Below, one piece after another: positions 24,957 through 37,880 of a stretch of DNA of 64,000 bases. The notes beneath the pieces are model-generated. The model ran no database searches. It saw only the letters and a list, made by a program, of their open reading frames with translations, and was not told the origin of the DNA. A program made the position numbers and the translations under genes. How positions within the stretch are numbered: the first letter of the stretch is position 1; each line of letters opens with the position of its first letter. The DNA is from Mobula hypostoma. Taxonomy: Eukaryota. The stretch lies in NCBI RefSeq assembly GCF_963921235.1, contig NC_086109.1, positions 10,542,001 through 10,606,000 of the forward strand, given 5' to 3'.

Positions 24957-26259
24957 GGAAGATGATGACACATCACAATGGCAGCGAAGCTATCTTGTAT
25001 TCCACGCCACTAGACCCTGACCCTGATCTGTCAAGGACTGTGTGATGGCTGCCCACATTAAACAAAAATCACACACCTGTTAGTTTTTTTTGTACAAGGG
25101 AGGGTGTTGGGTGTTAGGGGTTTGCAAGTTATTGTTTCTTTTGTGTGTGGGTGTGTGTGTGGTGGGGGGTGATGTCTTTCTTTCAACAACTTCCTTTTTT
25201 TTAAATTTCATGGCTATCTGAAGAAGATGAATCTCAGAGTTGTATACTACATACATACTTTGATAATAAATGAATCTTTGAACCTTTTTCTCCATTAAGA
25301 GAATCCACTCTAACAATCCAGATGATGTTCTGGGATCGTTTCTACAGATACCTGAGGAGCAACATAGACAGCCCCTTTGGAGGATATTATATTTGACACT
25401 ATTAGTGAAACCAGATTAGTGGTCTAATTCTAACTGTGAGAGCATGCTGTTTGCTCAGTTACTGCATTCAAATTGCAGTAATTGACTTCCTTTCAAATGT
25501 ACTTCATTGGCTGCCAAATAATTTGTCATGCCCAGAAATTGTCAAAGTCAATTTACATGTAGTTTTGATCAATAAGGGTTATGGGTAGAACTATAAGAAT
25601 GCATCCTGTAAGCAATCATCCTGTTGTAATTGTTCTAGATGTTCAACAAACTGGAGCATTCTTAAGTTAAATGTAGCCATTTACAAACCAGAATTTCTCA
25701 AAATGCCTGCAGTTGTAATTAGCACTCAATTTACAACTGATAATCAGTATCTGTCTTCAACAAGTGTAGCTCAAAAACCAAATTACGAGAGATGCAGAAG
25801 ATACTCAGCAGAGAAAGCAATGTTTTGTGGAGAAGCAATAGTTATAAGTCAGTGACCCTTCAGCCTGAAGGCACACACTCAGCGATTTGGAACTCTTCTT
25901 TCCCTCGGCCATCTGGACACTGAACCCATGAACGCTACCTCACTACTTTTTTATTTCTGATTTTTTTCCACTACTTATTTTTAACTTATCACCATGTGTT
26001 ATCATGTGTGCTGTATTTTAGTATTTTTCTCTATTTATCATGTATTTCATTGTATTTCTGTCGTAAAGTTTACAAATTTCACGACATACGCTGGTGGTAT
26101 TAAACCTGATTCAGCAGAACTTGCACCACTCGAAAGGGAAGGTATGTGAGGATGCAGAGAAGTCGGATTATTAGTGCAGGTCGGTAGGGAGGGAATGGCA
26201 AGTAATGTAATGATGGAAGATAAAATGCTGAAAACATGGAGCAAGTCAGTTTAGAGTTA

Positions 26260-26720
26260 TAGATCAGTTCAGCACAGAACAGGCCATTTGGCCCATCTAG
26301 TCTGTGCCAAACAATTAATCTACTTAGTTCCACCAACCTGCACCTGGATCATAGCCCTCCATGCCCTTCCCATCAATTTCTCCTAAATGTTGAAATTGAC
26401 CCCTATCCATCACTTACGCTGGCAACTTGTTCCACATTTTCAACACCCTCTGGGTGAAGAAGTCCCCCTTCATGTTCTCCATAAACATTTCACCTTTCGC
26501 CTGTAAACCATGACATCTGGTTGTAGTTCCACCCAACCTCAGCAGAAATAGCCTGCTTGCATTACCCTATCTATACCCCTCATAATTTTGTATGCTTCCT
26601 CTAAATCTCCCCTTCATCTTCTACATCTATGGAGTAAAGTCCTGAGTTATTTCCCTATAACTCAGGTCCTCAAGTCCCGACAACATCCTTGTAGATTTTC
26701 AAAGCACCCTTTCAATCTGT
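26260..26720 (-). mobile_element. CR1-type LINE 3' end, decayed
   Basis: Reverse complement of the CR1 3' region seen intact at 63305-63857. Confidence 0.75.
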
Positions 26721-27322
26721 GGTAAGAAGCAAAGTTTGCATTTCAGATCTGCTTTTTTTGAATTTCCAGCATCTGCAGTTTTTTTTAAAATCGTCATTTA
26801 TGTATGAGTGGGAGATATGTAATTGGAAAGCAACCAATGAAATTTAAGTTAACTTGAAACAAAGTGGATGCCGGTGATAATATATAAAGCTGCAAGGTTT
26901 GTTATCTGAAATTGAATTTCACAGAGGGCGATGAATCTGGAATTCATTGACACAGACAGCTGTGCAGGCCAAGTAATTCGGTAAATTTATAGCTGTGGTT
27001 GATGGGTTCTTGATTAGTAAGGGCATTATGAGTTACAAGGGAGAAGGTGAGAGAACCAGCCGGAGAGGGAAAATAAATTGGCCACGATCCAACTCAATCA
27101 TGATGGAGTCAGACTGAGTGGGCTGTTGGCCTAATTCTACTCCTTTGTCTTGCGTTGTATTTGTAAGCACTTTTGCCTGAGTGTTGGGGGGGCAGAACAT
27201 GATGTTACACACACCAGTGGATGGATTTGAAATAGGAAGTTATGTCCAGGCTGAGTGCGTTATTTTAAAAAAAAAGATGAAATTGTCCCTTGTGTCATAT
27301 CATTGCCATTGAAACACACCAA

Positions 27323-27926
27323 CAGACATCCCACCCTGCAAAAACTCATTTCAGGGAGGTAGCACCATCAATTTGCGGGAGACTTCCGGGAGAGGTGGGA
27401 TGTCTGCAATAGAGTAGCTCCTGAGCAGCTGGCCAGCTAGTTTAAATAACGTTAGCTGTGCTAATGAACAAATGACACCTGTTAAACTCACCTCAACATG
27501 TCTTTTACAGTCGTAACCCACCATGGGCAATAGAAAAGTCACTGTTGCAAACAGTGCAGCGAGCAACACTGTCATTATTTTGACCCCTATTAGGCAGGGG
27601 TACACTTTAGTGTAGTCTGGGGTGACGTATGTTTTATATATTTTTTGGAACACTCTGCCATGGCACGCTCTCGCTCGCGCTCTCTCTCTCTCTCTCGTGG
27701 TCGCGCGCTCGCTCTCAAGCGCTCTCGCTTTCTCTCGCTTTCGCTCTCCCGCTCGCTTGCTTGCTCTCGCTCTCTCTCGTGGCCGCTCTCGCGCTCTCTC
27801 TTGCTTTCTCTCACTCGCTTTCAAAAAAATTGATTTCCGTGATATTGTATATAATTTGCAGGAATCAGGGAGCCACTATTAATATGCGGGAGACTCCTGG
27901 AACTTCCGGGAGAGGTGGGATGTCTA
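27323..27926. mobile_element. Non-autonomous DNA transposon with CAGACATCCCACC TIRs and 6-bp TSD; composite form with an internal 84-bp mini-element
   Basis: TIRs cagacatcccacc / ggtgggatgtct(a); extra right end at 27406; flanks caccaa/cactaa; internal CT/CG-rich microsatellite. Confidence 0.88.
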
Positions 27927-30226
27927 CACTAATGAAGGAGAGAGCTTTGTGTATAAGTGAGCAATCATTCTAGCGAGGGGGTGGTTGGAGCTAACTGGGT
28001 GGGATTCGGGATTGCTGAATGCAGGGGTTCCGAACCTTTTTTATGCCGTGAACCAATACCATTAAACAAGGAGTCCACAGACCCCAGGACTTTAGTATTA
28101 TTTCCTGTACACAAGTGTAAAAGCAAATGCAATAATTGTTATTCGCGATCCAATATAGCACAAAAACAAACAGAAGATAAAGAACACAATAATTTAGAAA
28201 TACAATAAATATAAATACATAAGGTAGCTTATATACATTGACTGTATGTCCATGAAGTGAGACTGTAGGCTGTACATGAGGTGCCTGACAGGGAATAGTA
28301 AAGTAGTGGTGGAGGTATTGATCAGCCTTGCTGCTTGGGGAAAGTAACTGTTTACAAGACTGGTGGTTGTGGAGGGGATGTTACTTGGCCTCGTCCATGA
28401 TGGGAGTGGGACAAACAGTCCACCAGCAGGGTGGTGGCCCTTTTCTTAGCACATTTCTGTATATAACCCTGAGCAGATGCTGAGTGAAGACGTTAATAGG
28501 AGAACTGAGGAGAGCAGTTACATCTCCAGAATTGTGTCAATTGTTTGATGCCTAGGGGGAAAGAACAGAAGAGAACTGTAATCGTAGAGGTAAGTGGAAT
28601 TTGGGGTGTCAGTGGGAGAGTAGGGAGACTGAGTACCAAGGGTTTGTTGCATGACTTGGGAAGGAAATCCTCAAACAATGAAAGTGACCGTCACAACAAA
28701 ATGAAAGAGTGGAAATATTGGCAGTACCTGGTGTGGAATTACTAAATATTTCATTTATCGTGGGGGTGGGGGGGGGTGTACATCAAAGGCCAGGAGTCGT
28801 CTTGTGGGCCAGTTCAGTTGAAGGCTGCAGATTTCCTTCCCTGTAAGGCATTAGTGACCTAAGTGTAATTATGGAAGAATGCAGCAGTTGTATTGTCAGC
28901 TTTGCAGGAGCAAGCTGAAAGATCACATGGAGTTTATGTTGGAAATAACGGTCCTTGGAGCGCACCGAGAGACCAGCCAAAGCTGATCTCCCTGAGCATG
29001 AACTTACATTCTCAGCTGATGTCATTACTAATAAAGCTACATTTTGACGACAATATTGGCTACAGGAAGATTAAATTAAGTAACAGACTAGGTCCTGATT
29101 ACAGAATAAAATGATTATCCACAGGTCTAACAGCAAATCCAATATTGGGTGCACGCTATAGCATAATTAGTGAAATTCCTGAAATTTGAGTGTTGTCTTT
29201 GCTGCATTCCATCCCTGTTATCACATTAGCACAATCCATATCTCTATTTACTAGTTCAATGTAAAGTTACTATCAAACTATGTATATTATTAATTGTGTA
29301 TACGTGCAATGACTTTTCCAGTTTAAAAACTACCGCACAGCTCGCCTGTCGTTGCTGGAGATGATGGGTAACCACCATATATCTGTCACCAAATACTACC
29401 TTGAGATTCATTTTCTTGCAAGCATTCACAATAGAGCAAGGAAGTACAATAGAATCAATAAAAAAGTCTACACACGAAGACTGGCAAACTAGTTCAAGTT
29501 TAATTGTCATTCAACCATTCATGAATACTGCCAAACGACAGTGTTAGGCGGGGTCTAAGGTGCAAGACACAGTACCAAGTCATACGTAGCACGTATAAGA
29601 TAGCAATCACATGTTATCAGTAAAATGACATGTGATTATACAGTCCCAGACCCTGATTCCATGAATGCAGCAGCAATATGCAGTTGACCACAATACAGCT
29701 CGTCTTCTGCTGAATGATGCCGTGCCACACCAGCCCCGGTGGATCATACTGATTTCAACGCCTCTCTCCTGCGAGATGTGCTTGAGGCCTCTCCTCGCTA
29801 CTCAGATCCCCACTGTCCATCAACAAATCGGTGAATCAGACCTGCAGCATTCCACATTTACAATGCTGAACAGAGTCTTGTGATCACAAGAAAGGCGATA
29901 AAGATGATCACTCGCACACTGCCTTGTACCGTGACATGCGGGCTGTATTCGAATTCAACTATGCAAATACAACATTCAAATACAACTACGCAAATAAAAA
30001 AAGAAACAAGTAATGGTAATAATTGAGAACATTAGTTGTAGGCTCCTTGAAAGTGAGTCAATATGCTATGTTCAGTGTTGAGGTGAGCGAAGTTGTCCAC
30101 TCTGGTTCAGGAGGCTGATGGTTGCATGGTAATAACTTCCTGAACCTGGTAGTGCAGGGCCTGAGGCCTGATGCAGCAGCAAGAAGAGAGCATATCCTGG
30201 ACGGCTGGTGTCCTTGCTACTAGTTA

Positions 30227-30402
30227 CAAACACAAGAAAATCTGCAGATGCTGTAAATCCAAAGCAACACACAGACAATGCTGGAGGAACTCAACAGGCC
30301 AGGCAACATCTATGGCAAAAAGTAAAGTGGATGTTTTGGGCCGAGACCCTTCATCATAGACGCTGCCTGGCCTACTGAGTCCCTCCAGCATTTTGTGTGT
30401 GT
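30227..30402. mobile_element. Inverted (tail-out) pair of PLE termini, 176 bp, 9-bp TSD
   Basis: Minus-strand terminus up to cccttcatca, then plus-strand tagacgctgcctggcc..ttttgtgtgtgt; tactagtta at 30218-30226 and 30403-30411. Confidence 0.85.
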
Positions 30403-31315
30403 TACTAGTTATTAACCCCCACTATTGTTACCATTCAATTATTTTACTGCGCAGTAATTTCATCAACTAATCCATCATGACTGATTTATTTCCTCAGCCA
30501 CTGTAGGTGATGTGAACTCGTAGCCCTGAATCATCAGTCAGTCACTGTTACACAATTATACTCAGGCAGGTAAAAATCAAGTTACGAAGATTTTTTGATT
30601 ATATTGCAGTTTTAGGATATGTAGATGCTTATAGTGAAGGCCTGAATGGGGTGAAAGTAATAGATACAACCCAGTCCATCACAGGTAAGGCCCTCCACAC
30701 CACTGAGCACATTTACAAAGTGTTATTACAGAAAATCAGCATCCATCAGCAAGGACGGCTATTCCAGACCATGCTCCTTTCACGCTTCTCCCATTGGGAA
30801 GGAGGTACAGGAGCCTCAACTCCCTCACCACCAGGTTCAGGAATGATTACTGCCCCTCAACCAGAGGTTGGTTGAGATTTCTCATCTGGCTGTTGTATAT
30901 GATGACTTATATGTACTTTGATAATTAATTTACTTAAACTTTGAATAGTGAGAGTTTGGAGGTACCAAGGGACAAGCTGGGCTGGTGTTTTTGGAGTCTC
31001 TGAACTTTTAACTCTCTTGTACGTTCAGAGATCAACATGGAAGATACTTGGAATGCAAAAGCTAGTCACAGGTAGAATATCAAAGAGTTTTATGTGGGAA
31101 TGGATACACGAGCAGAGCGTGGCCCCGCAGGCCTGGTTATAAATCTGTGGACTGGGAATATTTAAAGTCAACTGTGCACATATTACATAGTCTGAGAATG
31201 AATTATAGTATATTCTGTGTATTTATAGTAGTGAATAATGTCAAGAGTATTCTGTAGGATATCCTATGCAGCATCTTGTGATGTGTACTTTTTAAAAATA
31301 TAAACAACCAATATA

Positions 31316-33520
31316 CACTCAGTGGCCACTTTATTAGTACACCCATACACCCCGTTTATGCAAATATCCAATCATCCAATTATTTGGCAGCAATTCAATG
31401 CATAAAAGCATGCAGAGGTTCTGTTGCTCAGACCAAACATCAGAATGGGGAAGAAATGTGATCAAAGTGACTTTGACCGTGGAATAATTGTTGGTGCTAG
31501 ATGGGGTGGTCTGAGTATCTCAGAAACTGATGATCTCATGGGACTTTCATGCATAACAGTCTCTAGAGTTTAGTTTACTTTACTTTACTTTATACATTAT
31601 TCTCCCCAAACAATTGATACTAGAACATACAATCATCACAGCGATATTTGATTCTGTGTTTCCTGCTCCCTGGATTACAAATATTAAATATCAAAAATAT
31701 TAAAAATAGTAAAAATTAGTAAATATAAAAATTTAAATTATAAATCATGAATAGAAAATAGGAAATGGAAAGTAAGGTATGCAAAACAGCCGAGAGGCAG
31801 GTCCGGATATTTGGAGGGTACGGCCCAGATCCGGGTCAGGATCCGTTCAGCAGTCTTAGCACAGATGGAAAGAAGCTGTTCCCAAATCTGGACGTACGAG
31901 TCTTCAAGCTCCTGAGCCTTCTCCTGGAGGGAAGAGGGATCGTGTCTTTGATTATCCTGACAGCACTGCTCCGACAGCGTGCGGTGTAAAGTGAGTCCAC
32001 GGACGGGAGATTGGTTTGTGTGATGTGCTGTGCCGTGTTCACGATTTTTTGCAGCTTCTTTCTGTCTTGGACAGGACAACTTCCATACCAGGTTGTGATA
32101 CACCCTAGAAGAATGCTTTCTACGGTGCATCTATAAAAATTAGTTGGGGTTTTAGGGGGCAGGCCAAATTTCTTTAGTTTTCTCGGGAATTAAAGGCGCT
32201 GGTGGGCCTTCTTGGCAGTGAACTCTGCTTGGTTGGACCAAGTCAGGTCATTTGTGATATTGACCCCGAGGAACTTAAGGCTTTTGACCTGTTCCACTTG
32301 CACACCACCGATGTAAATTGGATCATGTGGTCCGCTACTCCTTCTGAAGTCAACAACCAATTCTTTCGCCTTGCTGACGTTGAGGGATAGGTTATTGTCT
32401 TCGCACCATGCCACCAAATTCTTAATTTCCTCTCTGTACTCAAACTCATCATTACCCGAGATACAGCCTACAATTGTTGTGTCATCAGCAAACTTATATA
32501 TTAAGTTTGATGGAAACTTGGCTACACGATCATGGGTATACAGTGAGTACAGCAGGGGGCTGAGTACACAGCCTTGTGGGGTACCGGTGCTCAGAGTGAT
32601 TGTAGAGGAGAGCTTGTCCCCTATTTTTACAGCCTAGGTCCTGTCTGTGAGGAAGTTGAAGATCCAGCTGCAGATCTGAGTGCTAAGGCCCAAGTTCCGG
32701 AGCTTAGGAATGAGTTTATTTGGAATGATGGTATTAAAGGCAGAGCTGTAGTCAATGAAAAGGAGCCTTATGTATGCATCTTTATTCTCCAGGTGTTCTG
32801 AGGAGGAATGTAGGGCCAGAGAGATGGCATCTGCCGTTGATCTGTTGCTCTGGTAGGCGAATTGCAAAGCGTCGAGGTTGACCGGTAGGCTGTAGTTGAT
32901 GTGTGCCATAACCAATCTCTCAAAGCACTTCATAGCAATTGATGTCAGAGCCACAGGTCGATAGTCATTCAGGCATGCCACCTTACTCTTCTTCGGCACT
33001 GGGATTATCGTTGCCTTCTTAAAACATGAGGGGATCTTAGACTGAAGCAAGAAGCAGTTGAAGATGTCAGCAAACACTCCAGCTAGCTCGCTTGCACAGG
33101 CCCGGAGAACCCATCCTGGGACGCCAACTGGGCCCGTCGCCTTCCTTGGATTTATCTGCAGGAAGGCCCTTCTAACGTCCTCCTCGGTGACGATGAATCT
33201 CGATGCCACCAGGTCCGGTTCATCCGGAGAAAGTTGTGAAAAACAAATAACAATATCCAGTGAGCAGCGGTTATGTGGGTGAAAATGCCTTTTTAATGAG
33301 AGAGGTCAGAGGAGAACGGCTCAGACTGGTTCAAGCTGACAGGAAGGTGACAGTAACTCAAATAACCACGCATTATATCAGTGGTTTGCAGAAGAGTGTC
33401 TCTGAAGACACAACACGTCGAACCTTGAAGTGGATGGGCTACAGCAGCAAAAGACCATGAACATACACTCAGTGGCCACTGTATTAGCTGCAGGAGGCAC
33501 CTAATAAAGTGGCCACCAAA
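31316..33520 (+). mobile_element. Tc1-derived MITE copy A, interrupted by a Rex1 LINE
   Basis: TA|cactcagtggccactttattag left TIR; MGKKCD.SDFDRG.IVGAR.GGLSISET remnant; right TIR taataaagtggccac. Confidence 0.88.
31573..33228 (-). mobile_element. 5'-truncated Rex1/Babar-type LINE
   Basis: Minus-strand [75 protein letters not shown]; (gtaaa)n tail. Confidence 0.93.
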
Positions 33521-34109
33521 TTTAATTCACAATAATACTAGTTCCATAATTAAGTTAATATCATCGTATCCACGCCGCTACCTTCTTTTTTGAATCATTA
33601 TGCTACTGTTGTACTAGGCTTTTGTTTTGCTTTCTTGAAAAAACTTGTTTGAGACCTTTTGCTTGCTCATGAACTCTGGGGGTGATGGGGTTAACATATG
33701 AAGCTGGGATAAAGATCAAAATAAAAAGCGATTTGGATGCAAAATGAAACATAACGTGCAATATCTTGTAATAATCAGTGTGATCCTGTATCCTGTCAGT
33801 AATGGATTTTAAAATGTACATTGTTGGCTACTTGCACAGCGGGATCTGCATAATGTGAATCTGATTCAGCTGCTAGAATATTTCCTGGGGGAAAAATCTT
33901 CTGAAATATGCTTTTAATTAATACCTTGTTGCACTTAATGTATAACAGCTTGATGTTATAATTGGGCACCAAGCAGAAATGTTTAGCAATCTCAAAGTTG
34001 TGTTTGAGGTGTAAATGTTATGTTGGACATTAACAAAAAGTTTCCCCCTTGCTGCTCCTTAGGGTTGCAACTTGGGATCTTCTGGATCGTCATCTAGTTT
34101 GTAAGGGAG

Positions 34110-34390
34110 CGCTCTCGCTGGGTATCTCTCCTCTACTGCCTCCAACCTAATAGTTTCTTTACCCCACACTGCCTATTTCTACCTCCTACCCAAGATCCAC
34201 AGACGTAACTACCCCAGTGCTGTTTCTCGCTGCCCCGCCTCACTGAACTCACATCCTCGTAACTCAACTCCATTTTGTCCCCTTTGGGTCAGTGACTCCC
34301 TACCTACCTACATCCTCAACGACTTCCAGCTCTCTGGCCCTGACCGCCTCATTTTCACTGTCCCTGTACAATTTCAATCTCCATCAGGAA
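34110..34390 (+). mobile_element. Old PLE RT fragment
   Basis: Reads STASNLIVSLPHTAYFYLLPKIH, a PLE RT N-terminal motif. Confidence 0.7.
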
Positions 34391-35221
34391 GATGAGGGAT
34401 GGAATTGAAGCCCGCAAGTGTTGTCACATATTCTGTTCAGGACCTAAAGCAGTCTGATATTTCCTGACTTAAGTCCAGGCAGTGAGTATTTACTCTGTTC
34501 TAGTGGTGGAAATTTGACTCCTGCTGTTAGATTAAAATACAAAAATACAAGGTAATGTTATGTAATAACAGGTGGTTGATTAAATATATTGGACCACCTC
34601 CTCCAGCCCATTAGCTTCCTCCCATTTCTATTACCAGCACTTTGAATTCCATTGTCTGTATGAAAAGTGTTCTATGAATAAGGTTGTTATTATTGATTTA
34701 TTTGGATAGGAAAATTGACCCGTTCTGTCAAATGGCTTTTAATTCCACATTGCAGGCTGAAGTTAAAGTGTCTACATTTTTCATTAGTGTCCTTTATTCT
34801 GAATAACACATTAAAACATAATTTGCAATTACACAATGAAGATCAGCGGAAAATTGGTGATTACATCATCTGCCATCTCTCGACCTGGCCCCGGAGTTGG
34901 GGTACTTCTAAAAGGCTCCTCCTTGTATCTCAGACTCAAAAGGTTCTGTAAATACTGGAGCAGTATGTACAAAATGCTGGAGGAACTCCATCGGTGAGGC
35001 AGCATCTGTGGAGGGGAACAGGCAGTCGATGTCCCGGGCTGAAGCCCTTCATCAGGACACTAGTATCTCAGAGTTGTAATGGAATAGAGTTAATGAAATA
35101 ATTACTGCCCGTCACACCGCTGGAATTCAGGGCAGCAATGAAGGTCCTCCATCTCTGGCGTTGTTCAGGGCTTCCTTCCTCATGTCAGTAAGCTTCCTCT
35201 CGGTTTTCACTACTGTCAGCC

Positions 35222-36860
35222 ATGCACTGATATCCGTAACCCTTTGCGTGCTCTCCACCACTTCAACAACTTCCAGCTCCCTGGCCCTGGCTGCCTCATT
35301 TTCACCATGGGCAATTCCATCCCGCATTAGGAAGGCTTCGAGGCTGTCCGCTTCTTCCTTTGTTAACAAAAGCTGCCAGTTCCCCTCCACCACCAGCCGC
35401 CAGAACTCAACAATTTCCTCTTTCAGCATCTCCTACTTTCTCTCATCCAACCGTGTAGTCATGGGCATTTGCATGGACTTCAGTTGTGCCTACTTTTTCA
35501 TCGGCTATGTAGAGCAGTCCACATTCTAAGCCGACACAAATAACACTCTACAACTCTCTCGCCTCTCCATTGACCAGTGCATTGGTGCTGCTTTCTTTCT
35601 TTATTAATCTTTTTATTGATTTAAAAAAAACATAGATACAATCAAGAGGAGAATTAGTTCAAATAAAATCAGTAACCAAGATTAAAATAGACACTGTCAA
35701 AATCATAGATATTATTAAACTAGTATAAAATATATAATAAAAAAAGAAAATAACAATTCTCCTCTTACCAGTTAAAAGGAGAAAGAAAAAAATATTGGGT
35801 TTTAAATAAAGAGAAAAGAAAACCCCACTACACTATATAAAAAAAACCAGAACAAACAAAACAGAAAAAAAAGGGACTGGGCAGTCCATTTTGAGGATAC
35901 AACCGAAAAAAAGAAGAGAGAAAAACTTTCTGATCAAATCTAAAACCTCAAAAAAAAACTTGAAAGAGTAATAAATCAAATTAAATGAAAATATTGAATA
36001 AAAGGTCACCATATTTGTTCAAATTTAAAGGATGTATCAAATGTCCGACTTCTTATTTTCGCTAAACTTAAACAGGACATAATGGAGGAGAGCCAATAAA
36101 AGACTGTAGGTGGATTAGAATCCTTCCACTTCAATAAAATGGCTCTCCTAGCCAGTAAGGTCGAAAAGGCTACCATACGTTGAGCGGAAACAGGTGCTGC
36201 TTTCTGCACATGTGCAGAACTCGTCCATTACATCAACTTCACCACCAACTTCCATCCTGGCCTCAAATTCACTTGGTCGCGGTGTGTCCTCCTCTACGTG
36301 AGTGAGACCCAGCGCAGACGGGGGGACCGTTTCAACGAGCGAACTGTTCTGTTTCGATCAGTTGTTGCTGATGCTTGTGTTCTGTTGAACACGGTGGGCA
36401 TGCTGTCTTGGTGCCGGAATGTGTGGTGACACTTCTGAGTTGCTGCCAGTGCGTCCTTGAGTGTAGTGGTTGTTAACACCAACAATGCAATTCACTGCAT
36501 GTACATGTGATAAATATATCTGAGTCTCAGCAACTTTGTACCATTTACCATAACAACCAAGATCTTCCAGTGGCCAGCCATTTTAACTGCACCGCCTTCC
36601 CCCACAATGTCTGTCCATGTCCTTCTCTACCGCCATGTCAAGGCCAAACACAGATTGGAGGAACAACATCTAATTTTCCATATTGGACATCTCTAACCTG
36701 ATAGATTTCTCTGACTTCATGTAGCCACTCACCACGATCTCCCCCCGCCGACCCCCATGGCCTTCATTTTACCTTATCCCTCTTGCCGCTTCTCCCCAGC
36801 GCTCTTGGTCTCTCCCCTGCCCTCATGACCTGCCCACCAGTTACACATTCCTCCCTCTCT
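35222..36860 (+). mobile_element. Decayed PLE, interrupted by an L1 and a LINE-tail fragment
   Basis: attggtgctgct..gcagaactcgtc..aacttccatcctggcctcaaattcacttggtc, ccagtggccagccattttaa and gaggaacaacatct all match the 22595 PLE. Confidence 0.8.
35597..36192 (-). mobile_element. 5'-truncated L1-type LINE with 13-bp TSD
   Basis: AFSTLLARRAILLKWKDSNPPT..W..L.KIR..F.QIW is the fish L1 ORF2 C-terminus; A-rich tail; ggtgctgctttct at 35584-35596 and 36193-36205. Confidence 0.88.
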
Positions 36861-37174
36861 TTCACCAATGTTTTATTTATTCACCAACAATTTACTGCTA
36901 TTTATTTACATTTGCATTTGCACATTTCTCTGGTTGATCTTTCATTGATCCTGTTATAGTTACTATTCTATAGATTTGCTGAATACACCCACAGGCAAAT
37001 GAATCTCAGGGTTGTATGTGGTGACATATATGTACTTTGATATAAAATTTACATTGAACTTTGAAATTTACTTTGCACTTTCTTATTTATTATCCCTTCA
37101 TTGGGCCTGTTTATTTGCTTACTTATTTGTTTGTTTGTTTATTTAGAATGTTTAACCGCTTATTTATATTATTA

Positions 37175-37270
37175 ACGCAACATACATCAAAGTTGCTGGT
37201 GAACGCAGCAGGCCAGGCAGCATCTATAGGAAGAGGCGCAGTCGACGTTTCAGGCCGAGACCCTTCGTCA
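37175..37270 (-). mobile_element. PLE terminal fragment truncated inside the hammerhead core
   Basis: Reverse complement of tgacgaagggtctcggcctgaaacgtcgact..gatgctgcctggcc..; AT-rich imperfect duplicated flanks. Confidence 0.85.
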
Positions 37271-37880
37271 ATTTATATTATTACTTCTTTTTGTGTTTGA
37301 ACAGTTTGTTGTCTTCTACACACTGGTTGAACACCCAAGTTTGGCAATCTTATACTGATTCTGTTATGGTTATTGTTCTATAGATTTTCTTGAGTATGCC
37401 CATGAGGAAATTAATCTCAAGTGTTGTATTTGGTGACATATATGTACTTTGAACTTTGAAGTGCATTGCGAACATGTGGACTGAACAGCACCATGAATAT
37501 CAAGAAAGCCAGGCATCGTTTTGTGCTTCTTGTGCATTTTTTAATGTTTGCTTGTAAAAATAAAAAAACATTGTCTCCTTCTGACACAAACGCTGACCTG
37601 CAGAGCGCTTCCAGCACCCTCTGTTTTTATTTTAGATTTTGAACATTTTTATATCCCACCACTGGGATCTACATGGAGTGCGGCCGAAGAAAGCAGCATC
37701 CATCATCAAAGACCCACACCAGCCAGGTTGTGATTCTTCTCACTGCTATCATCAGGCAGGAGGTACAGGAGCCTTAGGTCCCACACCATCAGGTCCAGGA
37801 AAAGTTATTACCCTGCAACCATCAGACTCCTGAACCAGCATGCAGAACTTCACTACTCTGAACTGATTTTACAAACTACA

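Noticed and set aside
27351..27973. Overlapping RE-rich and SL-rich ORFs
   Set aside because: Artefacts of the CT/CG microsatellite inside a MITE.
34966..35058. Functional hammerhead on the minus strand (also about 51841 and 61264)
   Set aside because: Catalytic core nucleotides (GAAA or CUGA) are mutated.
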